Assembly (NCBI GenBank): GCA_048938025.1
Contig: JBHLMP010000013.1
Coordinates: 12,004 to 76,003, forward strand
Direction of reading: 5' to 3'
Origin: Promethearchaeota archaeon
GTDB lineage: Archaea; Asgardarchaeota; Lokiarchaeia; Sigyniarchaeales; SOKP01
DNA length: 64,000 nt
Position 1 is the first letter of the stretch. Each line of letters opens with the position of its first letter. The notes below the pieces were generated by a model that ran no database searches, had not been told where the DNA came from, and was given only the letters and a program-made list of their open reading frames with translations. The translations under genes were made by a program, and so were the position numbers. This document shows positions 49,274 to 58,501 of this stretch, piece after piece.

Positions 49274-50556
49274 GCCTCACCGTATTCAGGGGGATTTTCG
49301 GGTATCTCAGCCAGTTTAAAAGTCTTTTTAGAAAGGATCTTAGGGACTTGTTTTTTCATAATTCCCCAAAAAATATGTTTACCTCTTTTCTTTTTAGCTT
49401 TCTTAGTCAAAGATGGTTTTTCTTCCAATGCCATCTGTATTAATTCTATGATATGATACACCTTGACCTTTCTGAAATATAGTGGCTTGTTTGTGTAAAA
49501 AACAGCTAAACAACCAGCACAATATACACAAACTATATCAGCCTTGGTCTTCCTAAAATCTTTAAAGTTCCTAACCGATGATTTTCTCATTTTAAAAGGT
49601 TGATATGCAGAATCAACAGAAAATCCAGCTCCTATCCCACAACATCGCATACTTTCTCTGCATGCTTTGGTCTCTAAAACTGTAATACCTAGTTTTTCTA
49701 AGATTTTTCGAGGGAGGTCCATATACTCATCTCCGAACATCTTTGAGTAACATGAATCTTGAATTGTAGCAGTTAAATTCAATTTCCTTTTTACTTGAAT
49801 TTCTCCATTTTCAAATTTTTCCCATAAATATTGGAGATATGATTTAATGGATTCAAATTTATAAGTTAAACCATAATGAGGAAGTATATTTTTAAAAATA
49901 TTTGTTCCAGCTGTGCATAATACTAATAGATTTTTTGGTTTCAAAATATTAAACCAATTATCTAATCTTTTTGCAATTTGAAATAATTCATCTTTATATC
50001 CTGTCCGGAATAATGTTTCTCCACAACAATATTCAAGTCTGCCTCTTATATCTAAATCTTTAAAAAAGCTAGTTTGTGTAAGTTCAGCATATGTTATTAT
50101 ATTACATCCAGGGTATGTTAGTGTATCCCCTTTCAAGGGTCTTAATTCAGCCCAACTTCTTACTAGTTCTTTTGTTTCTTTCGGTAAATGTTCCATAACA
50201 TAGGATCGAAAATTAGGATAATGAGGATACAAGGTCATGAAATATTCCGCTCTTTTTCTTAATCCTTTTCCTTTATATAGTTCATTCCATCTTCGCAGTA
50301 TTAATTCAGTAGGATGAGCATTTTCAGTACAATAAAAATTACATGAGAAACAGCTTTGGCAATCATTTAATACTTTTTTAGTTTTCTCTCCCGCAATTAA
50401 TCGCTTCATTTCATCGATAGATTCTTCTACAGAGAGTCCCATTATGGGGCATTTATTAAAGCATTCACCACAAAGAGTGCAAGCATCCTCATTAAATGGA
50501 GAGAAGAACTCTATATCGACAGGTTCTATATTAGTCATATTTTCAATCAATTGCAA
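49267..50556 (-). CDS. HdrD/GlpC-like Fe-S oxidoreductase
   Basis: CTLCGECFNKCP, CQSCFSCNFYC, YPGC, YCCGE, QDSC, RCCGIG, YCAGC. Confidence 0.87.
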   Translation of the reverse strand: MQLIENMTNIEPVDIEFFSPFNEDACTLCGECFNKCPIMGLSVEESIDEMKRLIAGEKTKKVLNDCQSCFSCNFYCTENAHPTELILRRWNELYKGKGLRKRAEYFMTLYPHYPNFRSYVMEHLPKETKELVRSWAELRPLKGDTLTYPGCNIITYAELTQTSFFKDLDIRGRLEYCCGETLFRTGYKDELFQIAKRLDNWFNILKPKNLLVLCTAGTNIFKNILPHYGLTYKFESIKSYLQYLWEKFENGEIQVKRKLNLTATIQDSCYSKMFGDEYMDLPRKILEKLGITVLETKACRESMRCCGIGAGFSVDSAYQPFKMRKSSVRNFKDFRKTKADIVCVYCAGCLAVFYTNKPLYFRKVKVYHIIELIQMALEEKPSLTKKAKKKRGKHIFWGIMKKQVPKILSKKTFKLAEIPENPPEYGEAW

Positions 50557-50658
50557 TAATTTTTTAAAACATCTAAAGTTTAAAGTTTAATTATTGATAT
50601 ATGAGCTTAAAAAAATATAAATCTTAATAAAATAATTTAGACTGTAGAATTTGAGTTA

Positions 50659-51468
50659 TTAGATAACGCCAGCCATTTGAATAGTAATTAAACAAATAAA
50701 ATATAACATTAAAAAATTTCCTATTAAGATTCCCACATCTTTTACTCCTTTAGAGGATTTGGTGGGTCTCCTGAAAGTGAACATAGTACCAATTGGCATG
50801 AAAATAAATGGAAAAAAATAATATTGCTCTAAAATAACAAATGCCCAAAGGGCTAAAATTAATGTAAATATTGCAGAGGTCCAAATTATAATCTGACATT
50901 GTCGCAAACTAAAAAACCTCGTTAAGGCATCTGAATCTATAACTTCATGAACAAATTGACCTGTAACCGCAAATCCCAAAATTGTAAACATTAAGATCCA
51001 TTCAGATGTAGACATTAATGATAATTCAGCATCAATCTTTATCATAAAATAAGGAAAAATTACATGAGAAGCGCCCAATAATATGTGATTTAAAATTGGG
51101 ATAGGTTTAAGCCATTTAACATATAAAAGAACCATGACTATTATTATACCTAAAAATAAACCATTAATCGGATATGTAAAACATGTGCGCAATAATAATG
51201 AAAAACCAAAAATAAAACTAGCGAGCCCTATTGTAAATATTTCACGTGGATGATATCCTTCCACTCGTTCAAGAGTTTCTTTTTCATTAGGATCTTTCAT
51301 ATCGACAACATCATTCCAAGTATTCCCAGTAATAGCTAAAAAGATAAAACCAACGATTATATCAAAATGCTCAAACGGATTTAAATTATTTAAATAAATC
51401 GCAATTAGTATAGGTATAATAACACTAAAAGTATAATCAAGCCTTAGAAGTTCAATCCTTTTTGACAT
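50659..51468 (-). CDS. UbiA prenyltransferase family membrane protein (divergent)
   Basis: ELLRL start, NTWNDVVDMKD (NDxxD), LYVKWLKPIP, HEVIDSD; multiple TMs. Confidence 0.7.
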   Translation of the reverse strand: MSKRIELLRLDYTFSVIIPILIAIYLNNLNPFEHFDIIVGFIFLAITGNTWNDVVDMKDPNEKETLERVEGYHPREIFTIGLASFIFGFSLLLRTCFTYPINGLFLGIIIVMVLLYVKWLKPIPILNHILLGASHVIFPYFMIKIDAELSLMSTSEWILMFTILGFAVTGQFVHEVIDSDALTRFFSLRQCQIIIWTSAIFTLILALWAFVILEQYYFFPFIFMPIGTMFTFRRPTKSSKGVKDVGILIGNFLMLYFICLITIQMAGVI

Positions 51469-51526
51469 ATAAAATGAAATGCTTCATATTATTTATTGTT
51501 TAAATTTCTTTGAGTATAATTTTTTT

Positions 51527-54500
51527 TTATCGCGTGCTTTGTATAAATTGCATATCTTTTTTTTGCTCTTTTTCCCATCTCTTACGCTCCGATCGCAATT
51601 TGAATATATCAACATCTTTATAAATCAAACCCTCTTCTTTAGCAGGAATCATTCGTTCAGTACGATCTTTTTCAGGAGTGTATATAAGAGATTCTCCAAA
51701 TTCTGCAACATTGACAAAGAAGCAGTAGGCATATATAGATCTACGAGCATCAAAATGAGCCGCTTTAAAATCAGCTGTGACAGGAGTGAATGCAGGATTA
51801 ATTACAATATCAACAGGAGGTTCAAAATTTTTTAATTCCACTCTCAAATCCATATCAAGGAAATCCCGGCAAATAATTATAGCAATTCTTCCAAACTCAG
51901 TATTACATATGGTTGTATTTCTTGGATAGGAACTTGTTTCAATTGCTTCTTTAACTTTTTTTCCTTCAATGTGCATCGTTGCAGGGATATGTTTTTCCTG
52001 TTTCCACAGAATACCTTCGGGACTAATTACGACACTTATATTTTTCTTAGATTTTTCATCGTGATAAGACCCCGGAATAATATATATACCATAAATTTTA
52101 GCATAGTTCATCAAATCTTCTAAAATTTCACTATAATTTAAATCAATCATCATTTCTGGAAAAATAAGAATATCAACTCCATTAGAATTAGCCTTTTCAA
52201 TCATTTCTTTATAGGTCGATCTAAGTGAATTTAATACATCTTCTTTTATTCCTAATAATCCAAGCTTTTTAATATCAAAAAACTCTTTTAGAATGTCTCC
52301 AGATTTAGATAATCCAATCTGAGCAATACCAATTCTGCATTTATTTCGTTCAATTTTAGAGTATTGCTTTAGTAAATCATTATATAGTAAATTATATTTG
52401 GTTGTTTTCTCCAAACTTTCCGATAATCCACTAGCTTCTACAGTTAATTGATTTATCTCGCTTAATCTTGGTGATAAACTGGATTCTAAGGGACACGCGG
52501 GAGCAACTATCCCTGCTGTACTTCTTGAAATTACAGGATTGCTAATTGTACTTAAAGCAGAATATAAAATCATTTCTTCTTTTGCTATACGATTTAATTT
52601 TTCCTGAATTTCTTCTTCTCTTTCTCTATATCCTGATTTTTCAAATATATCTGCAGCAGATTTTAGATATTTAATACCAACTTCTAACTGTTTTTTTCTA
52701 TTATCAAGCTCTAATTCTTGATCTGCTTTGATTAAATGCCACAAGGCATCGAAATAGGAAGAAGTAGCTAAAGCCCAGTCTGCACCACCATTAAATCCTC
52801 CTCTTTCATAAGAACTAGATGCTTTTCTTAACATCATTTTTACTTTTTTATAATAATCTGCTTTTTTTTCTATATCTGTAGATTCATCAAATTTACAACC
52901 GTTTTCTAATGCTAAACAGACAGAAGAATTACCAGAAGCTAATAGTTTTAGCTTGCTATCCATGAATAAATCACTAGCTTTTAAAAATAGTTTTGAAGCT
53001 TCTAAAAACCTCTCTGGTTCTTGATAGTTCTCAGCGAGTTCCATCCCTTCCCAAGCTCTACATAGATGATAAATTGCTTCTAATTCCTTCCTCTCTCGTT
53101 CAATCTTAAATAATGTACAAATATCTCTAAATTGAGAGGCTGCCAAAGCGAAATTCTCGGCAGCAGATAGATGCTTACCTTTCTTTTGGAGAATTCTGGC
53201 TTTCTCAAGGTTAATACGAGCTAAACAGTAATTAATTCTTACGTTAGCTACTTTTTCCAGTTTTGATATTCTTTCTATCTCAATTTTATTAGAAGACTGA
53301 GTTAAAGCTTCTTTTAGTACATCTATTGATTTCTTGAAGCATTCTTTTGTAATATTATATTTATTAATTGCTTCTTGGTGTTCTTCATTCTTACTTGCAT
53401 TTTCTGAAACTTCTAATGATGCCCAAGATGAATAATATGAAGCTTCATATTGATATTTGGATATATTTTTTAAGATCTCACAAGCCATATCATATTGTGA
53501 TTTTGCTTTTAAATGATCCTCTTTTTTATGATTCGCTTTAGCATTTTCAATCAATTTCCAAGCATTATCATATTCAATCTTTTCTTTTATTCGATCTTTT
53601 AACAATTTAAATTGAATCTTTTCTAATGATTTTATGTGAGCTTTACTTGCCATATCATATTGTTGAGCAGAAGCTAGGTGATTACCCAATCTATCTTCAA
53701 TTCTCGCTAAATATTCATGAGCAGCAGCAGTGTGGTAATAATAACCCTTTTCTTGAGTATCTTTTATTAAATGAAGAAATATTTCTCTTGCCTGAGCTAA
53801 TGGTTCTTTTTTCTTAGTAAGGATAGCCAAATCCTCATATAACAATCCAAGATGCATCTGATCAGCAACAAAATCTCTATAAGATTCAATTGATAATTCA
53901 ATATGATTCTTAGTTGCATCTATTGCAGTTAATAAATTCTTTACTTTTTCTTGTTTATTTGTTAAAATCTCAGATAAAGTCTTATGAGCTCGATATAATG
54001 AAAGATAGCCAGCAGCTCTACTCATCCCTGCTTTATACTTGTCCCCTGCATTTTCGGCTGCATATGCACAATCAAACATATTTTTGATAAATTTCTCACG
54101 ATTTTCTCCTTTGGGAGTTAGAAGAACTAATTGTGAATATAGATTAGTTAAAATCTGATATGATAAAGGTAAAAATGGTCCAAAAGGGAGTCTTTTCAAC
54201 CCATTTTCTATTTCCTCGATTCCCTTCTGAGCATAAGTTCTTCTTAAGTCTGGTTTTAAAAAACTGCTTTGAGTAAAATTTTGATAATATATTGCTGCCA
54301 AAAAATTAGTCAAAAAACCCCAAAAAGAATATAAGTTTTGATAAATTTTTCCCTTTTCTTTAATTTCATTAATATCTGCTAATATTCTTTTTTGTAGATC
54401 TTGGAGTCTTCCTAAAACAGCAAGATGGTAATCCAACCAAAATATAAAATGTATAAGTAATGGTTTAATTTTTATTGCTCTAATAATTTCTAAAGATTTC

Positions 54501-55372
54501 TTGCAAAAATTTATACCTTTATCAGCAAGATCTTTTTGTTCTTTCTCATCATAAATAAACCTAGCCGCAATTTGGCAATTTACAGAACCTTTCGAATGGT
54601 AAATTAAAGCTTTATTGTATTTGTCGTCGCATTGTTCAACATACTTCAAAGCTTCATTACATTTATCAAGGGACTTAATAAGGATCTGTTCCTGTTCACT
54701 GTGCATCCAAAAAAGTTTATCTGCTCTGGAAAAACTTATCCATGTTTTGATGCCAATAATAAAACTATTTATGAATAAGAAAGTTCCTATATATTTCTTA
54801 TAATCTAGTTCATATGATAAATTCAAACCTCGTTCATTTATTTCATCACCATTTTGACATAATTGCTCAAATTCAATAGGATCGTCGCAATATTGTAATA
54901 AATAAGCTAAAGTTATTGAAGATTGGTTTAAAATCCTCAATAAATTACTCTTATCATTTTCTTTATTATAAATTTCACTAACTTCCAAATATTTTTGAAA
55001 AGATTTAAGAAAATTTCCTTTACAATATTCAGGAGATGTTCCCCTATCTGCATTAACTCTTAATTTTCCTGCTTTGCACTCTAATTCTTTTACTTTATCA
55101 TTCATTTCTTTATAAAGATTTATTGCCATATCATATGCTTCTATAGAATTTTCTATCCATTGTGTATGTTCTTCTTCTGTATCAGCTGTTAGATTTGCCA
55201 TTTGGTAAACATTTCCTATTTTTTCGTAAATTTTAGCTTTTAATTTTAAATCTTTCTCATCTATTAGAGATTCTAGGAGTTGTTCATACAATTTTGCGGC
55301 TTCTATCAAATTATAATTCTTTTCCTCTGCTTCTGCTTCTATTAATAATTCTGCTGGTTCTATTTTTACCAT
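51527..55372 (-). CDS. Large TPR-like alpha-solenoid protein fused to a C-terminal carbon-nitrogen hydrolase (nitrilase) domain
   Basis: About 960 aa of helical repeats, then RIGIAQI, ILIFPEM (Glu), QEKHIP (Lys), IIICRDF (Cys). Confidence 0.85.
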   Translation of the reverse strand: MVKIEPAELLIEAEAEEKNYNLIEAAKLYEQLLESLIDEKDLKLKAKIYEKIGNVYQMANLTADTEEEHTQWIENSIEAYDMAINLYKEMNDKVKELECKAGKLRVNADRGTSPEYCKGNFLKSFQKYLEVSEIYNKENDKSNLLRILNQSSITLAYLLQYCDDPIEFEQLCQNGDEINERGLNLSYELDYKKYIGTFLFINSFIIGIKTWISFSRADKLFWMHSEQEQILIKSLDKCNEALKYVEQCDDKYNKALIYHSKGSVNCQIAARFIYDEKEQKDLADKGINFCKKSLEIIRAIKIKPLLIHFIFWLDYHLAVLGRLQDLQKRILADINEIKEKGKIYQNLYSFWGFLTNFLAAIYYQNFTQSSFLKPDLRRTYAQKGIEEIENGLKRLPFGPFLPLSYQILTNLYSQLVLLTPKGENREKFIKNMFDCAYAAENAGDKYKAGMSRAAGYLSLYRAHKTLSEILTNKQEKVKNLLTAIDATKNHIELSIESYRDFVADQMHLGLLYEDLAILTKKKEPLAQAREIFLHLIKDTQEKGYYYHTAAAHEYLARIEDRLGNHLASAQQYDMASKAHIKSLEKIQFKLLKDRIKEKIEYDNAWKLIENAKANHKKEDHLKAKSQYDMACEILKNISKYQYEASYYSSWASLEVSENASKNEEHQEAINKYNITKECFKKSIDVLKEALTQSSNKIEIERISKLEKVANVRINYCLARINLEKARILQKKGKHLSAAENFALAASQFRDICTLFKIERERKELEAIYHLCRAWEGMELAENYQEPERFLEASKLFLKASDLFMDSKLKLLASGNSSVCLALENGCKFDESTDIEKKADYYKKVKMMLRKASSSYERGGFNGGADWALATSSYFDALWHLIKADQELELDNRKKQLEVGIKYLKSAADIFEKSGYREREEEIQEKLNRIAKEEMILYSALSTISNPVISRSTAGIVAPACPLESSLSPRLSEINQLTVEASGLSESLEKTTKYNLLYNDLLKQYSKIERNKCRIGIAQIGLSKSGDILKEFFDIKKLGLLGIKEDVLNSLRSTYKEMIEKANSNGVDILIFPEMMIDLNYSEILEDLMNYAKIYGIYIIPGSYHDEKSKKNISVVISPEGILWKQEKHIPATMHIEGKKVKEAIETSSYPRNTTICNTEFGRIAIIICRDFLDMDLRVELKNFEPPVDIVINPAFTPVTADFKAAHFDARRSIYAYCFFVNVAEFGESLIYTPEKDRTERMIPAKEEGLIYKDVDIFKLRSERKRWEKEQKKDMQFIQSTR

Positions 55373-55568
55373 CCTTGATTATTATTTCGTCTTATATTGA
55401 AAAGTTATTATTCTTGGTTTTCATATCTTAACCTTTAAGTATAATAATAATGAGATTTCTCAATTTATAATTCTTTACGTTTTTATTAAGTATATTGTCC
55501 TTAAGATTTCTAAATTGAGAAAGAGTATCCAATTAAATAAGATAAAAAAAACTTTTAAAATAATTATT

Positions 55569-56903
55569 TCAATGTTTTAATTTCCTTTTAATGATTATCC
55601 CTATTATTAACATACTACATAAAACCAAAAGAGATAGATCATACGCATGTATTTCCATACCATCAGTTTTATCAACTGACATAGAATATTTTGCCAGCTC
55701 TACATCAACATCACCCGCACCAAAACTTCCTGTCAAACCTGCCAGAAAAATATTGTTAGATGAATCTACTGTGATAGCACGCCACTGATCGTGTTTTGGA
55801 CCCCCCCATGTATGATTATATTGTTGCTCGCCATTAGCATTGAATTGTACCAAACAGAAGTCATTTAATTGAGCAGCAGAATAATTTACAAATCCAGCAA
55901 GATATATTGTATCTTCTGAATTAATTGCAATATCCGTTGTAATCTCCACACCAGTCTTGCCCCATGTTCGATTCCATAGCATTGTACCTGCATTATTATA
56001 TTTGATAAGAACCATATCATAGTTCGTTGGTGATCCAACCAGAGTGATTCCAGAAACATAAACATTCTCAGATGAATCCAATGCTATTCCAGTCCCATAT
56101 TCAAAATTATTTTTATCCAATGTTCGATTCCATTGAAAAACACCTAAATTATTATATTTCAAAAGGCATATGTCTGTTCCACTGGATCTTGCGTATTGCC
56201 CCGTGAGATAAATATTGTTTGAAGAATCCAATACAATACGAGAACCAAAATCTTCTCTATTTCTCCCCCATGTATAATTATATTGAACATTTCCTAAGTT
56301 ATCAAATTTGATTAAAATTAAATCACTATCAAATTCATTACTCATGTTAAATGAGTATCCTGTAGCATATATATTTTCAGCGGAATCTAATGCTATCCCA
56401 ACGCAAACATCATTGGGACCATTATCCCATGTAATATTACCTAGATAATCTCCTAGATTATTGTATTTTATTATTATTAGATCATTATCCCCATTGTCTT
56501 CTGAAGTTCCCCCTACATATATATTATTTCCGGAATCTATTGTAATTGAATAAGCAATATCATCTCCCTGCTGATTAAATGTTCGATTCCATTGAAATTG
56601 ACCCAAATTATTAAATTTTGCCAAGAATATAGCTAGAGAGGGACCTAGTCCCTCTATAGTGGGATAATATCCTGTTATATAAATATTACCTAATGAATCT
56701 AACGCTATTCCTCTTCCCACTTCATTTTCAATACCACCCCAAGTATAGTTCCATTCTAGAGTAATCGAATTGTCAATAGATGAATTCGATAAATTTTTAT
56801 TGATAACTTTTTGGTAGATATCAAATCTCTGACTCAGTTCATCAATAAATCCTAAACATAAAACAAGAAGTAAAATCACTAAAATAATTTTTTTCACTTT
56901 CAT
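55569..56903 (-). CDS. Secreted SBBP beta-propeller repeat protein with C-terminal sorting/TM tail
   Basis: Seven repeats WNxTWG...GIALDSxxNIYxTG...LxKY; signal peptide; C-terminal IHAYDL-hydrophobic-KRKLKH. Confidence 0.88.
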   Translation of the reverse strand: MKVKKIILVILLLVLCLGFIDELSQRFDIYQKVINKNLSNSSIDNSITLEWNYTWGGIENEVGRGIALDSLGNIYITGYYPTIEGLGPSLAIFLAKFNNLGQFQWNRTFNQQGDDIAYSITIDSGNNIYVGGTSEDNGDNDLIIIKYNNLGDYLGNITWDNGPNDVCVGIALDSAENIYATGYSFNMSNEFDSDLILIKFDNLGNVQYNYTWGRNREDFGSRIVLDSSNNIYLTGQYARSSGTDICLLKYNNLGVFQWNRTLDKNNFEYGTGIALDSSENVYVSGITLVGSPTNYDMVLIKYNNAGTMLWNRTWGKTGVEITTDIAINSEDTIYLAGFVNYSAAQLNDFCLVQFNANGEQQYNHTWGGPKHDQWRAITVDSSNNIFLAGLTGSFGAGDVDVELAKYSMSVDKTDGMEIHAYDLSLLVLCSMLIIGIIIKRKLKH

Positions 56904-57054
56904 AATTTTTTAATCTCACTTACTTTTTTGTCTCTAATGGTCCTTCACATAGAAGGGTTTGGTTTGTAAAGAAGATAGAGTCTTATTTAAGTTTTTCTCA
57001 AGAATTTAGAATTATGAAAATTAAAGAAAATAAAAAAATAGATAATTTAAGTTT

Positions 57055-57285
57055 TTATTTTAAATCTTTAAAACGGAAAACATGTTTTTCTTGATTTAAA
57101 AGAAAATATCCCATTGAATTTTTCCACTTTTTGTCATCTCTTCGCTTCTGTATTAGGTCAACTTCTCTTTCCTTTACAGGAATTTGCTTAACCCTTTCCA
57201 TAGTTTCTTTTTTAATTTCTTCTACTATGATATATTTAGGAAATTCTTTTAAAAGTGGATAAATTACTTTTTTACTTACTGTCAT
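57055..57285 (-). CDS. Small hypothetical protein
   Basis: 76 aa with GGAGG SD upstream. Confidence 0.6.
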   Translation of the reverse strand: MTVSKKVIYPLLKEFPKYIIVEEIKKETMERVKQIPVKEREVDLIQKRRDDKKWKNSMGYFLLNQEKHVFRFKDLK

Positions 57286-57287
57286 TT

Positions 57288-57440
57288 TTAATTTCCTCCA
57301 TTGAATTTTTTTAGTTGATATAAATATAAATATTTCTTTCCATTACTGCCATAAGGAGAAATCAGATTTCTCGAATTATTATCTGAATTCCTTAAAACAT
57401 TTTTCAATATTTCATCAATTTCTTCTTCACATGTTATCAT
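57288..57440 (-). CDS. Small hypothetical protein (50 aa, not in the ORF track)
   Basis: MITCEEEIDEILKNVLRNSDNNSRNLISPYGSNGKKYLYLYQLKKFNGGN; GGAGG SD upstream; stop 2 nt before the next ATG. Confidence 0.5.
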   Translation of the reverse strand: MITCEEEIDEILKNVLRNSDNNSRNLISPYGSNGKKYLYLYQLKKFNGGN

Positions 57441-57525
57441 TTTTTTACTTCCTCCATTCGATTTTAATTTTTTTTATTAATTAATATAATAAGAAATATA
57501 AACAAATATATACATATTGTATAAA

Positions 57526-57556
57526 TAATATATACGGAAAAAAAAAGTATATATTA
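57526..57556. promoter_or_regulatory. Candidate operator: 10-bp inverted repeat with 11-bp spacer upstream of the PhoU-type regulator
   Basis: taatatatac-N11-gtatatatta; similar half-sites aaatataaac (57494) and aaatatatac (57504); AT-rich context lowers significance. Confidence 0.4.
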
Positions 57557-57577
57557 CATTATTACAATATATTATGT

Positions 57578-58468
57578 ATGGAAAGAATTTTTAGGAAATT
57601 GCAGGCTTTAGGTGGTTCGCATGTTATTAGTTTACCAAAAAATTGGGTTAATAATTTTGGTTTAGAGAAAAATGATCCCTTAGCAATAGATATTCGAAGT
57701 GATGGTTCTCTAATTATTTCTCCAAAATTACAGCATAGTGAGGAAGATTTGAAAGACGAATTAGTGCTTCACTCAAGTCCGTATGTTGGGAGAGAGCTTG
57801 TAAAAAATTGCCTATCAGGACAAACAAAGTTAGTTATAATATCAGATAAGGAAATTGAAAGCAATTTAAGAAATGAAATTCGTTGGCTTGTTAATGGTCT
57901 TCCTAACACAGAAATAACGGAAGAACAACGGCAGAGAATTGTAATTCAAAATTTTGGTTATAAACAAATTCCCACGAAAAAACTAATCCAACGTTTACTA
58001 TACTTAATTGCTGATATGTTTGAGTATTTGAAGGATGGGTCTATTGAGGAATTAAAATACAATTTTATACAATTGCGAAAGTTTTATTTTATATTAGTTA
58101 CTCATATTAGAACATACCTTAGAACTGGAGTGTACGTTTCAGAGGATCAGGATTTTACTCCACTAGAGGCAATGGATTTTCGTATGTTCTGTGAGAAAAT
58201 TCAAGAAATTGGCAAAATCTTAAGAGACATGCGTCTTAGCGAAAATGTCATGGACTTTTTTAATGAAATCCATCAATATTTTAACGATGTTATGAACTCC
58301 TATTTAAAAAAAGATCTAATTGTAGCCCATAAGTCTTGGTTAAGGAAAGATAAATTAGTAGAAAAAGCAATATCACTGATAGAGAGTTTAGATTATGATG
58401 ATAAAGCCAAAGTGAAAGACATGATACGGATTGCTGAGAATTGTAAAGATATGGCAGCTTTTATTTAA
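57578..58468 (+). CDS. phoU: Archaeal phosphate uptake regulator PhoU family (AbrB-like N-terminus)
   Basis: RKLQALGGSHVISLPKNW AbrB domain; helical PhoU-like repeats ending RIAENCKDMA. Confidence 0.8.
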   Translation: MERIFRKLQALGGSHVISLPKNWVNNFGLEKNDPLAIDIRSDGSLIISPKLQHSEEDLKDELVLHSSPYVGRELVKNCLSGQTKLVIISDKEIESNLRNEIRWLVNGLPNTEITEEQRQRIVIQNFGYKQIPTKKLIQRLLYLIADMFEYLKDGSIEELKYNFIQLRKFYFILVTHIRTYLRTGVYVSEDQDFTPLEAMDFRMFCEKIQEIGKILRDMRLSENVMDFFNEIHQYFNDVMNSYLKKDLIVAHKSWLRKDKLVEKAISLIESLDYDDKAKVKDMIRIAENCKDMAAFI

Positions 58469-58501
58469 TATTGCAAGACTCTAAAGTCTAATATGGTGAA
58501 T

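Noticed and set aside
47903-50556. Selenocysteine read-through in redox genes
   Set aside because: The Hdr-like genes (and the rubrerythrin gene) are complete and end in TAA; no in-frame TGA at a Cys position was seen.
55700-56760. Periodic DNA repeats (gttcgattcca, gctattcc) resembling an array
   Set aside because: They are coding repeats of SBBP propeller blades, not CRISPR repeats.
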